From the NCBI RefSeq assembly GCF_041596795.1, contig NZ_JBFHHX010000003.1, positions 426 to 64,425 on the forward strand: DNA of 64,000 nucleotides. The letters are read 5' to 3'. The DNA comes from Lutibacter sp. (GTDB lineage: Bacteria; Bacteroidota; Bacteroidia; Flavobacteriales; Flavobacteriaceae). Positions within the stretch are counted from its first letter, which is position 1. Each line of letters starts with the position of its first letter. The notes below the pieces were generated by a model. The model did not search any database, had not been told where the DNA came from, and saw nothing but the letters and a program-made list of their open reading frames with translations. Positions 16,123 to 25,065 of the stretch are shown here, piece after piece. Made by a program: the position numbers and the translations under genes.

Positions 16123-18189
16123 ATGAAAAAACAAATGAGAACAAAAATAACAACACTAATTGCATTGTTTCTTCTTTCTTTAGGAGTGAACGCACAAATA
16201 GATAGAACTAAACAACCAGTTGCTGGGCCAGCACCTAAAATTAATTTAGGAAAACCACAAACTTTTGAACTTAAAAATGGTTTAAAAGTATTGGTTGTAG
16301 AAAATCATAAATTACCAAAAGTTACTGCAAGTTTAATTTTAGATAACGGACCTATTTTTGAAGGTGATAAGGCAGGATTAACAAGTATTGTTGGCGGAAT
16401 GATGGGTAACGGAACTACAAAAATTGCTAAAGATGCTTTTGTAGAAGAAATAGACTTTTTAGGAGCTTCATTAAATATTGGTAGTCAAAGTGCAAACTTT
16501 AACACATTATCTAAATATTTTCCAAGAATATTAGAATTAACTGCAGAAGCGGTTATAAATCCTTTATTTACTCAAGAAGAATTTGAAAAACAACAAGCAC
16601 AATTAATTGAAGGAATAAAATCTGGAGAAAATAGTGTTGGTGAAATTGCTGATAGAGTTGAAAACGCATTAGTTTACGGCAAAAACCACGCTTATGGAGA
16701 ATTTGCAACAGAAACAACCGCAAAAAATGTAACTATTGATGATGTTAAAAATTTCTATACTACTTATTTTAAACCAACAAATGGCTACTTAGTAATAATT
16801 GGTGATGTTAATTTTAAAGATGTTAAAAAATTAGTTACTGCCCATTTTAGCAAATGGGGAAAAGGAACTATTCCGGTAAAAGCAATTCCTGAAGTTAAAA
16901 ATGTTGCTACAACTGAAATTAATTTTATAAATATGCCAAATGCTGTTCAATCTAGCATTGCTGTTATAAATGCTGTTGATTTAAAAATGAGCAATCCAGA
17001 TTATTTTCCATTATTATTAGCCAACAAAATTTTTGGTGGTGGTGGAGAAGGTCGTCTTTTCTTAAACCTACGTGAAGACAAAGGATATACATACGGCGCT
17101 TATTCAAGTATAGGAAATGACGAAAGAACTTCTTCTACCTTTAAATCATCAGCAACTGTTAGAAATATGGTTACGGATAGTTCTGTAGTTGAATTTATAA
17201 AAGAAATTAAAACTTTTAGAGACACAAAAGTATCTGAAGAAGAACTTAAAAATGCAAAAGCTGCCTATATTGGAAACTTTGTTATGGCTTTAGAAAGAAC
17301 TTCAACTGCTGCTTCTTATGCTTTAAACATTGCAACTAAAAACTTACCTGCAGATTTTTACGAAACGTATTTACAAAAAATAAATGCTGTTACTGTTGAT
17401 GATGTGCAACGTGTGGCTCAAAAATATTTTAGCGCAGACAATGCAAGAATTGTAATTGTTGGTAAAGCCCTAGATGTGTTACCTAACTTAGAAAAATTAC
17501 CATACAAAATCAATTATTTTGATAAAGAAGCCAATGCAACTTCTAAACCAGAAATGACAAAACCACTTCCTGCAGGAGTAACTAAAACTTCTGTAATTGA
17601 CAATTACTTTAACGCAATTGGAGGTGCAGATAAAATAAAAAACTTAAAAAGCACCTTTGTAACCTATGAAGCATCGGCAATGGGAAGCACTATTTTATCA
17701 ACTGAAAAAAGAACTGCAACTCATTATTCAAATTCAACTAGTATGGGCGGAAATGTTTTAGCTAAAGTTGTTATGACCAAAGATGGTGTTACTATGAACA
17801 AACAACCATTACCAGCACCAATGGCAAGTGAAATGACAAGTACATTAGGTACTTTTTTAGAAATGGGATTGTTAACTAATGAAAATTCTATTTTAACAGG
17901 AATAGAACCTGTAGACGGAAAAGATGCTTATGTAATTTCAACCAAAGGAGAAATTGTTTCTACTGCTATTTATTTTGATGTTGCAACTGGATTAAAAGTT
18001 AAAGAAGCACAAACAGTTTCAATGGGAGGACAAACCCAAAGCCAAGAAGCTACTTTTTCTGATTATAAAGAGTTTAATGGCGTTAAATTTCCAGCAATTA
18101 AAAGTGGAAGTTTAGGACCACAAACAGTAGAATTTAAATTAATTGATGCAAAAGTAAACGAAGGTGTTTCTGATGCCGATTTTCAATAA
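16123..18189 (+). CDS. M16 family peptidase-like protein (no HxxEH) with a ~220-aa C-terminal extra domain
   Basis: 688 aa, signal peptide, M16 fold motifs but no zinc motif seen. 7-nt gap after the upstream M16 gene. Confidence 0.8.
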   Translation: MKKQMRTKITTLIALFLLSLGVNAQIDRTKQPVAGPAPKINLGKPQTFELKNGLKVLVVENHKLPKVTASLILDNGPIFEGDKAGLTSIVGGMMGNGTTKIAKDAFVEEIDFLGASLNIGSQSANFNTLSKYFPRILELTAEAVINPLFTQEEFEKQQAQLIEGIKSGENSVGEIADRVENALVYGKNHAYGEFATETTAKNVTIDDVKNFYTTYFKPTNGYLVIIGDVNFKDVKKLVTAHFSKWGKGTIPVKAIPEVKNVATTEINFINMPNAVQSSIAVINAVDLKMSNPDYFPLLLANKIFGGGGEGRLFLNLREDKGYTYGAYSSIGNDERTSSTFKSSATVRNMVTDSSVVEFIKEIKTFRDTKVSEEELKNAKAAYIGNFVMALERTSTAASYALNIATKNLPADFYETYLQKINAVTVDDVQRVAQKYFSADNARIVIVGKALDVLPNLEKLPYKINYFDKEANATSKPEMTKPLPAGVTKTSVIDNYFNAIGGADKIKNLKSTFVTYEASAMGSTILSTEKRTATHYSNSTSMGGNVLAKVVMTKDGVTMNKQPLPAPMASEMTSTLGTFLEMGLLTNENSILTGIEPVDGKDAYVISTKGEIVSTAIYFDVATGLKVKEAQTVSMGGQTQSQEATFSDYKEFNGVKFPAIKSGSLGPQTVEFKLIDAKVNEGVSDADFQ

Positions 18190-18214
18190 TATTTTTTTGT
18201 TTAAATACCGAAGA

Positions 18215-18244
18215 ACGGCTCAAGAAATTGAGTCGTTTTTTTTT
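18215..18244 (+). terminator. rho-independent terminator after the M16 pair
   Basis: ACGGCTCAA-GAAA-TTGAGTCGT (one G-U pair) followed by T8. Confidence 0.7.
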
Positions 18245-19133
18245 ATTTAGATTTATTTACTAAATATACGCCAAACACTATTATAAACCCTGCCAATATT
18301 TGAACAAAAGATATTTTTTCACCATCTAAAACACCCCATAATATAGCAACAATAGGAATTAAATAGGTTACAGAAGAAGAATATACAGGGGTAGATATTT
18401 TAATTAAATGATTGTACAATATTTTAGCCAATCCAGTTCCAAATACCGATAAAATTGTGATATATAGTAATGACATTTTTCCAGTATCATTTAACTCATA
18501 AGACGAAAAAATTCCAGTTATATATAAAACTATTAACGCTGGGATAATTAAAATTACAAAATTTCCTACTGCAATACTAAACGCATCCAAATCATTTAAA
18601 TGCTTTTTTATAATATTTAAATTAAAAGCATAGCAAATAGTAGCTATTAAAACCAATCCTGAATATTCGTATTCTTGGTTCGGATTTATTGCTGCACCTT
18701 TTAAAATAAGAATAATTGTTCCTACCAACCCAATTAGCACACCAAACAACTGCCCTTTTCTAAAACTGAACCCAAAGAGTAACGCTCCAAAAATTAGCGT
18801 ATTTAACGGAGTTAATGAATTTAAAATAGAAGCTATAGAGCTATCTATATGTTTTACGGCAAAAGCAAATAAGAAAACAGGAATAAAGCTTCCAATAGTG
18901 CCATTTAAAAACAAGTAATACCATTGTCTTCTTTTTATTTTAAAAACCCTTTTAAAACCAATTAAAATAAGAAATACAGCCGTAATTACAATTCGCAATG
19001 CGCCAACTTGTATTGGAGACAAACTTATCAATGCTTTTTTCATTAATATAAACGAGCTTCCCCAAACTAGTGAAAGTATAAATAAATAAAGCCATTTTTG
19101 ATTTTGTTGTTCCATTAAAAAATAAAAAAACAA
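18243..19133 (-). CDS. EamA/DMT family transporter
   Basis: About 10 TM helices, WGSSFILMK EamA signature. The true start may be MEQQNQ (19115). Confidence 0.75.
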   Translation of the reverse strand: MFFYFLMEQQNQKWLYLFILSLVWGSSFILMKKALISLSPIQVGALRIVITAVFLILIGFKRVFKIKRRQWYYLFLNGTIGSFIPVFLFAFAVKHIDSSIASILNSLTPLNTLIFGALLFGFSFRKGQLFGVLIGLVGTIILILKGAAINPNQEYEYSGLVLIATICYAFNLNIIKKHLNDLDAFSIAVGNFVILIIPALIVLYITGIFSSYELNDTGKMSLLYITILSVFGTGLAKILYNHLIKISTPVYSSSVTYLIPIVAILWGVLDGEKISFVQILAGFIIVFGVYLVNKSK

Positions 19134-19196
19134 AAATCGTATAATTATTCTAAATTGATTGCGTTAGTTTATAAATTTGTGTTTTAAATATGTATT

Positions 19197-19568
19197 ATGA
19201 AAAAATTAATAATCCTTTGTTTATTAGTAGCATCTATAATTGGGTGTTCAAATGAAAAAAAAACTGAACAAAACAAAACAAGCGAAATCCAAACCGAAAA
19301 CAATCAGGTTGCTGCTTTACAATCCTACGAAATGGATATTGAAGGAATGACTTGTGAAATTGGCTGTGCAAGAACAATTGAGTCTAAATTATCTAAGGTA
19401 AAAGGCGTTTCCTACTCAAAAGTTGATTTTGAGACTAAAAAAGGTGTATTTACCATTGATACTAACCTAATTAGCGAAGAAAAAGTAAAAGAAAAAATAG
19501 ACGGAATAGCTGGTGGAAACCTTTATTCTGTTGTAAAATCAAAAAAAATTAACAAAATTTTAAAATAA
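19197..19568 (+). CDS. heavy-metal-associated (HMA) domain lipoprotein
   Basis: Lipobox LVASIIGCS; IEGMTCEIGCARTIESKL is an HMA-like metal loop with CxxxC spacing. Confidence 0.7.
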   Translation: MKKLIILCLLVASIIGCSNEKKTEQNKTSEIQTENNQVAALQSYEMDIEGMTCEIGCARTIESKLSKVKGVSYSKVDFETKKGVFTIDTNLISEEKVKEKIDGIAGGNLYSVVKSKKINKILK

Positions 19569-19636
19569 TTTAAAAAATATTTGTGCATATCAAATATTTT
19601 GTCGTTAATTTGCACCGTAATAAAAATCAATCGAAA

Positions 19637-19831
19637 ATGAAACAAATTAAATTTTTAATCGCAGTTGCAGTAGTATCTGTATTTGCGTTTTCTTGTAAAG
19701 AAGCTCCAAAAGAGGAAGCTGTAGAAGAAGTAGTAGTTGAAGAAGTTGCTCCAGTTGTAGAAGAAGTAGAAGTTGCTGTTGACAGTACTGCTGCTGCTGT
19801 AGAAGAAGTTGTTGAAACTCCTGCTCAATAA
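19637..19831 (+). CDS. small acidic E/V/A-rich lipoprotein
   Basis: Start moved to MKQIKFLIAVAVVSVFAFSC (signal peptide plus lipobox Cys); low-complexity EEV repeats; followed by a hairpin terminator. Confidence 0.45.
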   Translation: MKQIKFLIAVAVVSVFAFSCKEAPKEEAVEEVVVEEVAPVVEEVEVAVDSTAAAVEEVVETPAQ

Positions 19832-19860
19832 TTACTGAGACAAAACAAAACAAAACAAAG

Positions 19861-19889
19861 AAGAGCTTCAATTTTGAAGCTCTTTTTTT
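19861..19889. terminator. bidirectional hairpin terminator between convergent genes
   Basis: AAGAGCTTCA-ATTT-TGAAGCTCTT, perfect 10-bp stem, T-run downstream and A-rich upstream. Confidence 0.75.
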
Positions 19890-20952
19890 ATACCCTTTTG
19901 TTTCTTAATGAATAATGCAGAAACAATAAACTCATAAAAAACAACAAGCCAACTAATTGGTGGCTTACTCCATAAAACAGCGGTATTTGTCCTTTAACAT
20001 TTAGTACTGTTAAAATTCCTAAAGCAACCTGCACCACTACTAGTATAACTGTTAAATTCAACCATTTTTTTGAAGACCTTTCTATATGGTTCTGTAATTT
20101 AAAGAACATAAATAATATTCCAACTAAAATAATATACGCCAAAGTTCTATGTGTAAATTGAACCAAAGCCGGCGCAAATAAATAGCTATCATAATTTATC
20201 ATATTTTCCCAAGTCCAATTGTTTAAATTTAAAAGTACGCTTGGCACCAATTCACCATTCATATCTGGCCAACTAGGAAAATACAATCCAGCTTTCATTC
20301 CTGAAATTACCCCAGCAACAATTAATTGAATAAATACTAATTGTAACATCCAAAGAACAATTCTTTTAGATTTTACTTTTTTTAAGCTTTTATAAACATA
20401 AACATCTGCAACAGTTCTAACCATGGCGGCAATAACTAGTACAGCCAATACAAAATGCACTGTTAATTTATAGGCATTTACCCAAGGTCTATCTTCTAAT
20501 CCACTTTTCACCATAATCCAACCTGCAGAAGCTGTAAGTATGGTTAATAAAACCACTAACCCCAATCGTTTCATTAAATAATTATCTATTCTTTTTGTAA
20601 CTACAAAAATTAAAAAAGGAATTAAAAATATAAATCCTAAAGCTCTCACCCATAAACGATGAAAATATTCCCAGAAATAAATAAATTTAAATTCTTGTAA
20701 ATTAAATGTTGAATTAATTTTATGAAATTGAGGTGTTTGTTTATACAATTCAAATTCTTGAATCCAATCTTCCTCATTTAATGGCGGAACAACTCCTGTA
20801 ATAACATCCCATTTGGTAATTGATAAACCAGAACCTGTTAATCTTGTAATACCTCCTAATATTACTTGGCCAACTAACATAATTAGACCAATCATTAACC
20901 AAAATCTTATAACTCTGGAATATTTATAGTTTTTATATTTCATTACTTCCAC
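19888..20952 (-). CDS. ctaA: COX15/CtaA family heme A synthase
   Basis: 354 aa, about 8 TM helices, conserved His in HRxxA and HQLVG segments. Confidence 0.8.
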   Translation of the reverse strand: MEVMKYKNYKYSRVIRFWLMIGLIMLVGQVILGGITRLTGSGLSITKWDVITGVVPPLNEEDWIQEFELYKQTPQFHKINSTFNLQEFKFIYFWEYFHRLWVRALGFIFLIPFLIFVVTKRIDNYLMKRLGLVVLLTILTASAGWIMVKSGLEDRPWVNAYKLTVHFVLAVLVIAAMVRTVADVYVYKSLKKVKSKRIVLWMLQLVFIQLIVAGVISGMKAGLYFPSWPDMNGELVPSVLLNLNNWTWENMINYDSYLFAPALVQFTHRTLAYIILVGILFMFFKLQNHIERSSKKWLNLTVILVVVQVALGILTVLNVKGQIPLFYGVSHQLVGLLFFMSLLFLHYSLRNKRV

Positions 20953-21494
20953 TCTATGGTTTCAACTAAATGGATAATATCCTTTTCAATATATTTTATT
21001 GCCGGAACAATAGAATCGTAATTGGGTTTGGTATAAAAGTATAACGCGCCCGCTAAAACATTTTTAACGCTATCTGTTACCCTAAACTGAATATTTGTAG
21101 CTACATCACCTTGAATTGAATATAACTTCCCAAAAACTCTTTTTTCAAGATTTTCATAAGGTATTGCGTTAATAACGTCTGCTTTTACAGTGTGTTCAAA
21201 AGTTAATTTCTCTACTTCTGAAAGTATTTGATTTAAATTATTATCAACACTTCTGTATGTTATATGCACGGTTGCCTTTAAATGTGGGTATTCTATTTTT
21301 AACCAACAATTATCTTTTGGCTCAACAATAGCTTGGGAAGAAACCTCAAAAGAATAGGGACAATTAAAATTTTGTTTAACATACGTTGAGTTTGGATATT
21401 GTAATGTTAAATACGATTTTGGTTTAGGCAATGTTTCAGTTCCACAAGAGTGAAAAACCAGAAGTAATAGCAGTAATATCAAACTTTTTTTCAT
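20943..21494 (-). CDS. gldD: gliding motility lipoprotein GldD
   Basis: 183-aa lipoprotein (LVFHSCG) immediately downstream of a gldE-like gene, the arrangement known from Flavobacterium johnsoniae. Confidence 0.7.
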   Translation of the reverse strand: MKKSLILLLLLLVFHSCGTETLPKPKSYLTLQYPNSTYVKQNFNCPYSFEVSSQAIVEPKDNCWLKIEYPHLKATVHITYRSVDNNLNQILSEVEKLTFEHTVKADVINAIPYENLEKRVFGKLYSIQGDVATNIQFRVTDSVKNVLAGALYFYTKPNYDSIVPAIKYIEKDIIHLVETIEWK

Positions 21495-21496
21495 AC

Positions 21497-22810
21497 TTAT
21501 TGATTTCCTCTATTAATGGTTACCTTCACTTGCTTTATTCTTCTTTTATCCATTAATTCAATTTTAAACGTATAATTATTGAATTTTATAATCTGATTTT
21601 TTCTTGGGAATTTTCCGTGAATTTCTAATATAAACCCAGCTACAGTTTCAGATTCTCCTTTTTCTTCCTCAAATAATTCAGCATCTTCTGATCCAATAAT
21701 CTTGTAAAAGTCTTTTAAATTAGTTTTTCCTTCAAACAAAAATGTGTTATCGTTTATTTTAGTGTAAGACAAATCATCATCATCAAACTCATCATTTATA
21801 TCGCCTACTATTTCTTCAATTACATCTTCTAAAGTAATAATTCCACTTGTTCCACCATATTCATCAACAACCACTGCTAAATGGTTTTTCATTTCCTGAA
21901 ACTCTTTTAGTAAATCATCTAATTTTTTATTTTCAGGTACAAAATAGGGTTCTCTTATTAACTTTTGCCAGTTAAATTGTTTTTTATTTAAATAAGGCAA
22001 TAAATCCTTTGCGTATAAAACTCCAATAATATCATCTATATTATCTCCATAAACAATGTTTCTAGAGTATCCTTTTTCAACAATTTTAGCAATAACATCT
22101 TCGTATTCTTCATCACTTGCCAAGGCAAAAATATCCATTCTTGGAGTCATTATTTGACTAGTTTCTGTATTTCCAAAACTAACAATGCCTTGCAATATTT
22201 TTTGTTCGTCTTTTGTTGTAGCATCATTTGAAGTAATTTCTAATGCTTGAGATAATTTTTCTACTGATAAATTAGATTGTTTTTTGCGTAATTTATGCTC
22301 TATAATATTTGTTAAACTTAACATTGGCAAACTTACCAAAGACAACAATGTACTAAGTATTTTTAAAGGAATTGCCATAAAAACGGCAAATTTTAGCGGA
22401 TTACGCGTTGCGTAAATTTTTGGTAAAACTTCTCCGAATAATAAAATTAAAAAAGTAACTAAAACAACTTCAATTAAAAATTTAAAAATATCTGAAGTAA
22501 TTCTACTAAAAATATTTTCACCTATATATGCAAATATTAAAACAATTAAAATATTGATAAAATTATTTGATATTAATACGGTTGCTAATAATTTTTTAGG
22601 GTTTTCTAATAATTGAACTACCATTTTTTGGCTGCTAACATTAGAATCGGCAGCTTCGTTTAATTTAGCTTTTGATAATGAAAAGAAAGCAACTTCGGCG
22701 CCAGAAATAAGTGCTGATAATATTAACAATAAAAATAATGATATAACACTTAGTGTTAACCAAATGTTTGAGTTTTGAAATAGGATTAAAAACGTGAGAT
22801 CAGGATCCAA
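21497..22810 (-). CDS. gldE: gliding motility-associated protein GldE (CNNM/CorC-type TM domain + CBS pair + CorC_HlyC)
   Basis: 437 aa, N-terminal TM domain, CBS region, C-terminal transporter-associated domain. Synteny mutY-ssb-gldE-gldD. Confidence 0.75.
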   Translation of the reverse strand: MDPDLTFLILFQNSNIWLTLSVISLFLLLILSALISGAEVAFFSLSKAKLNEAADSNVSSQKMVVQLLENPKKLLATVLISNNFINILIVLIFAYIGENIFSRITSDIFKFLIEVVLVTFLILLFGEVLPKIYATRNPLKFAVFMAIPLKILSTLLSLVSLPMLSLTNIIEHKLRKKQSNLSVEKLSQALEITSNDATTKDEQKILQGIVSFGNTETSQIMTPRMDIFALASDEEYEDVIAKIVEKGYSRNIVYGDNIDDIIGVLYAKDLLPYLNKKQFNWQKLIREPYFVPENKKLDDLLKEFQEMKNHLAVVVDEYGGTSGIITLEDVIEEIVGDINDEFDDDDLSYTKINDNTFLFEGKTNLKDFYKIIGSEDAELFEEEKGESETVAGFILEIHGKFPRKNQIIKFNNYTFKIELMDKRRIKQVKVTINRGNQ

Positions 22811-22833
22811 ATTACAGTAAAATTAAATTAAAC

Positions 22834-23283
22834 TTAGAAAGGTAAATCATCATCCTCTTCTTCAATATTTGATGCTAAAGGTGCTTGTTTTTCTGGTGAT
22901 GAACTTATTTTTGTACCTTCTTGTTGTTGTGGTGCGTTTGGATCGTTTTTAGTGGTTAAAAAAGTCATGTCTACAACATGAATTTCTGTTGAATATCTCT
23001 TTACACCGTCTTCACCTTCCCATTGACGAGATTTTATTCTTCCTTCAATATATACTTTATCTCCTTTGCTTAAGTATTTTTCACAAATTTCAGCTAATTT
23101 ATTTCTAACTACTAAATTATGCCATTCAGTTGTGGTAACTTTTTCTCCAGTTTGCTTATTTGTGTATGTTTCATTAGTTGCAATTGGAAAACGACCAATT
23201 GAGTTTCCACCTTCAAAATAGTGCATTTTAACCTCATCACCAAGGTGACCAATAAGTATTACTTTATTTACAGTTCCAGCCAT
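22834..23283 (-). CDS. ssb: single-stranded DNA-binding protein
   Basis: OB-fold N-terminus VNKVILIGHLG..., acidic tail EEDDDLPF. Confidence 0.95.
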   Translation of the reverse strand: MAGTVNKVILIGHLGDEVKMHYFEGGNSIGRFPIATNETYTNKQTGEKVTTTEWHNLVVRNKLAEICEKYLSKGDKVYIEGRIKSRQWEGEDGVKRYSTEIHVVDMTFLTTKNDPNAPQQQEGTKISSSPEKQAPLASNIEEEDDDLPF

Positions 23284-23325
23284 TTATAAGTAGATTTTCA
23301 GTGAATTACAAAAGTACTAAAAAAT

Positions 23326-24366
23326 TTAGTTGCTTTTATATTCATTTAAAAAATTATCTATTAAAATTGGCACAGGAAAACGTCTAATTTCACTCCAGTT
23401 TATGTTAAATTTATCGGATTTTGATGTTTTCACAATCCAAAAATTTGCAAAAATATGTTGATGTGATAATTTATGAACCACTTGCTCCATATTAAACAAT
23501 TGAACAGATGTGTTTAGGTTAGCAAACAACGCTTCAAATTTATCCGTATGCACTAATTGTTTTTCATCTATTTCATGTTTAGTTTCAATTAAAGGAAATT
23601 GGTATAAGTTTAACCAAATTCCCTCATGTCTTTTTTCAATAATTGTTTTATTATCACATGTTTGAACTACTAAATAGTTAAAAAAACGATTTTTAATTTT
23701 TAGTTTTTTCTCCTTTACTGGAAGATTTTTAATTATTTTTTTTTCTAAAGACACGCAACTAATGTTTAACGGACAATTTTCACAATCAGGATTTTGAGGC
23801 TTACACATTCTTGCTCCAAACTCCATTACAGCTTGGTTATGCGTTCCAGAAATAGCTGGGTTTAACAACGTTTCAGCCAGTAATTTAAACTCTTTAATTC
23901 CGTTAGTACTATTAATAGGTGTAGCAATTCCAAAATAACGCGCTAAAACTCTATAAACATTTCCATCAACAACTGCCGTAGATTCATTGTAACAAATAGA
24001 AGCAATTGCTGAAGCCGTATAATCTCCAACTCCTTTTAATTTCAATAACTCAATATACGACGAAGGAAATTTACCTTGTAACTTATTAACTATATATTTT
24101 GCAGAATAATGTAAGTTTCTAGCACGTGAATAATAACCTAAACCTTGCCATAATTTTAAAACCTGTTCTTCAGATGCATTTGCCAACTCAAAAACTGTTG
24201 GAAAATGTGCTACAAATTTTAAATAATAGGCCATTCCTTGGTCAACTCTTGTTTGTTGTAAAATTATTTCGGACAACCAAATATTATATGGATTGATAGT
24301 TTCTCTCCAAGGCAAATCTCTTTTGTTTTGTAAATACCACTGTACTAATATGTTAGAAAATTCCAT
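23326..24366 (-). CDS. mutY: A/G-specific adenine DNA glycosylase MutY
   Basis: HhH-GPD LKGVGDYTA, Fe-S cluster loop CKPQNPDCENCPLNISC, C-terminal NUDIX-like domain. Confidence 0.9.
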   Translation of the reverse strand: MEFSNILVQWYLQNKRDLPWRETINPYNIWLSEIILQQTRVDQGMAYYLKFVAHFPTVFELANASEEQVLKLWQGLGYYSRARNLHYSAKYIVNKLQGKFPSSYIELLKLKGVGDYTASAIASICYNESTAVVDGNVYRVLARYFGIATPINSTNGIKEFKLLAETLLNPAISGTHNQAVMEFGARMCKPQNPDCENCPLNISCVSLEKKIIKNLPVKEKKLKIKNRFFNYLVVQTCDNKTIIEKRHEGIWLNLYQFPLIETKHEIDEKQLVHTDKFEALFANLNTSVQLFNMEQVVHKLSHQHIFANFWIVKTSKSDKFNINWSEIRRFPVPILIDNFLNEYKSN

Positions 24367-24450
24367 TGCTTTTTATATAAAACACAATAATACATGATTT
24401 AATCAATTAAATTTTAATGAATTAACTTTTTGATTTTGATTTATATGTCC

Positions 24451-24458
24451 TATATTTG
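24451..24458 (+). promoter_or_regulatory. -7 promoter box (TATATTTG) for the HU gene
   Basis: Perfect TAnnTTTG, TTG at 24430-24432, 40 nt upstream of ATG 24499. Confidence 0.5.
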
Positions 24459-24498
24459 CCGTCTTAAATTTATAATAAACTATATAACAAGTATAAAA

Positions 24499-24789
24499 AT
24501 GACGAAAGCGGAAATCGTATCAAATATTTCAGATAAATCTGGAATAGAAAAAGCAGATGTTTTAGCAGCTGTTGAAGCGTTCATGGAAGAGGTAAAAAAC
24601 TCCTTAGAAAAAGGAGACAATGTTTACTTAAGAGGATTTGGAAGTTTTATAATTAAAACTAGAGCTGAAAAAACTGGAAGAAACATTTCTAAAAACACAA
24701 CTATCAAAATTCCTGCTCACAACATTCCATCGTTTAAGCCTGCAAAAGTTTTTGTAGAAGGTGTAAAAAACAAAGTAACTGTTGCATAA
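24499..24789 (+). CDS. hup: HU family DNA-binding protein
   Basis: Start moved to MTKAEIVS (ATG 24499) because TATATTTG at 24451-24458 lies inside the track ORF; RGFGSF..R..R.GRN motif. Confidence 0.9.
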   Translation: MTKAEIVSNISDKSGIEKADVLAAVEAFMEEVKNSLEKGDNVYLRGFGSFIIKTRAEKTGRNISKNTTIKIPAHNIPSFKPAKVFVEGVKNKVTVA

Positions 24790-24828
24790 GCAAAAACTTA
24801 ATTATTAACAAAAAATAACATTTTAATT

Positions 24829-24921
24829 ATGCCAAGTGGTAAAAAAAGAAAGAGATCAAAAATCTCTACGCACAAACGTAAGAAGAGAGCAAGAGCAAAT
24901 AGACATAAAAAGAAAAAGTAA
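24829..24921 (+). CDS. 30-aa highly basic peptide, bS22/AURKAIP1-like candidate ribosomal protein
   Basis: Not in ORF track. Hand translation gives MPSGKKRKRSKISTHKRKKRARANRHKKKK; stop overlaps a hairpin plus T-run. Confidence 0.5.
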   Translation: MPSGKKRKRSKISTHKRKKRARANRHKKKK

Positions 24922-24937
24922 GCTTAGCTTACTTTTT
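24914..24937 (+). terminator. hairpin + T-run after the small basic-peptide ORF
   Basis: AAAAGTAAGC-TTA-GCTTACTTTT overlapping the TAA stop. Confidence 0.6.
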
Positions 24938-25065
24938 CTTTAAAGTTTACGTTCATTGAAATAAATATTTGTAACACTGTTGCAAATATTGTTGGGTAAA
25001 ATACCCTGTAGTAACATAATATAAATCGCTCAGCTATTTATAGTTGCGCATAAAAACAATTCAGA

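Noticed and set aside
19647-19871. 74-aa Q/L-rich ORF on the minus strand
   Set aside because: It is the antisense mirror of the GAA/GTT-rich low-complexity coding region of the acidic lipoprotein gene. It has no start context and overlaps the terminator hairpin.
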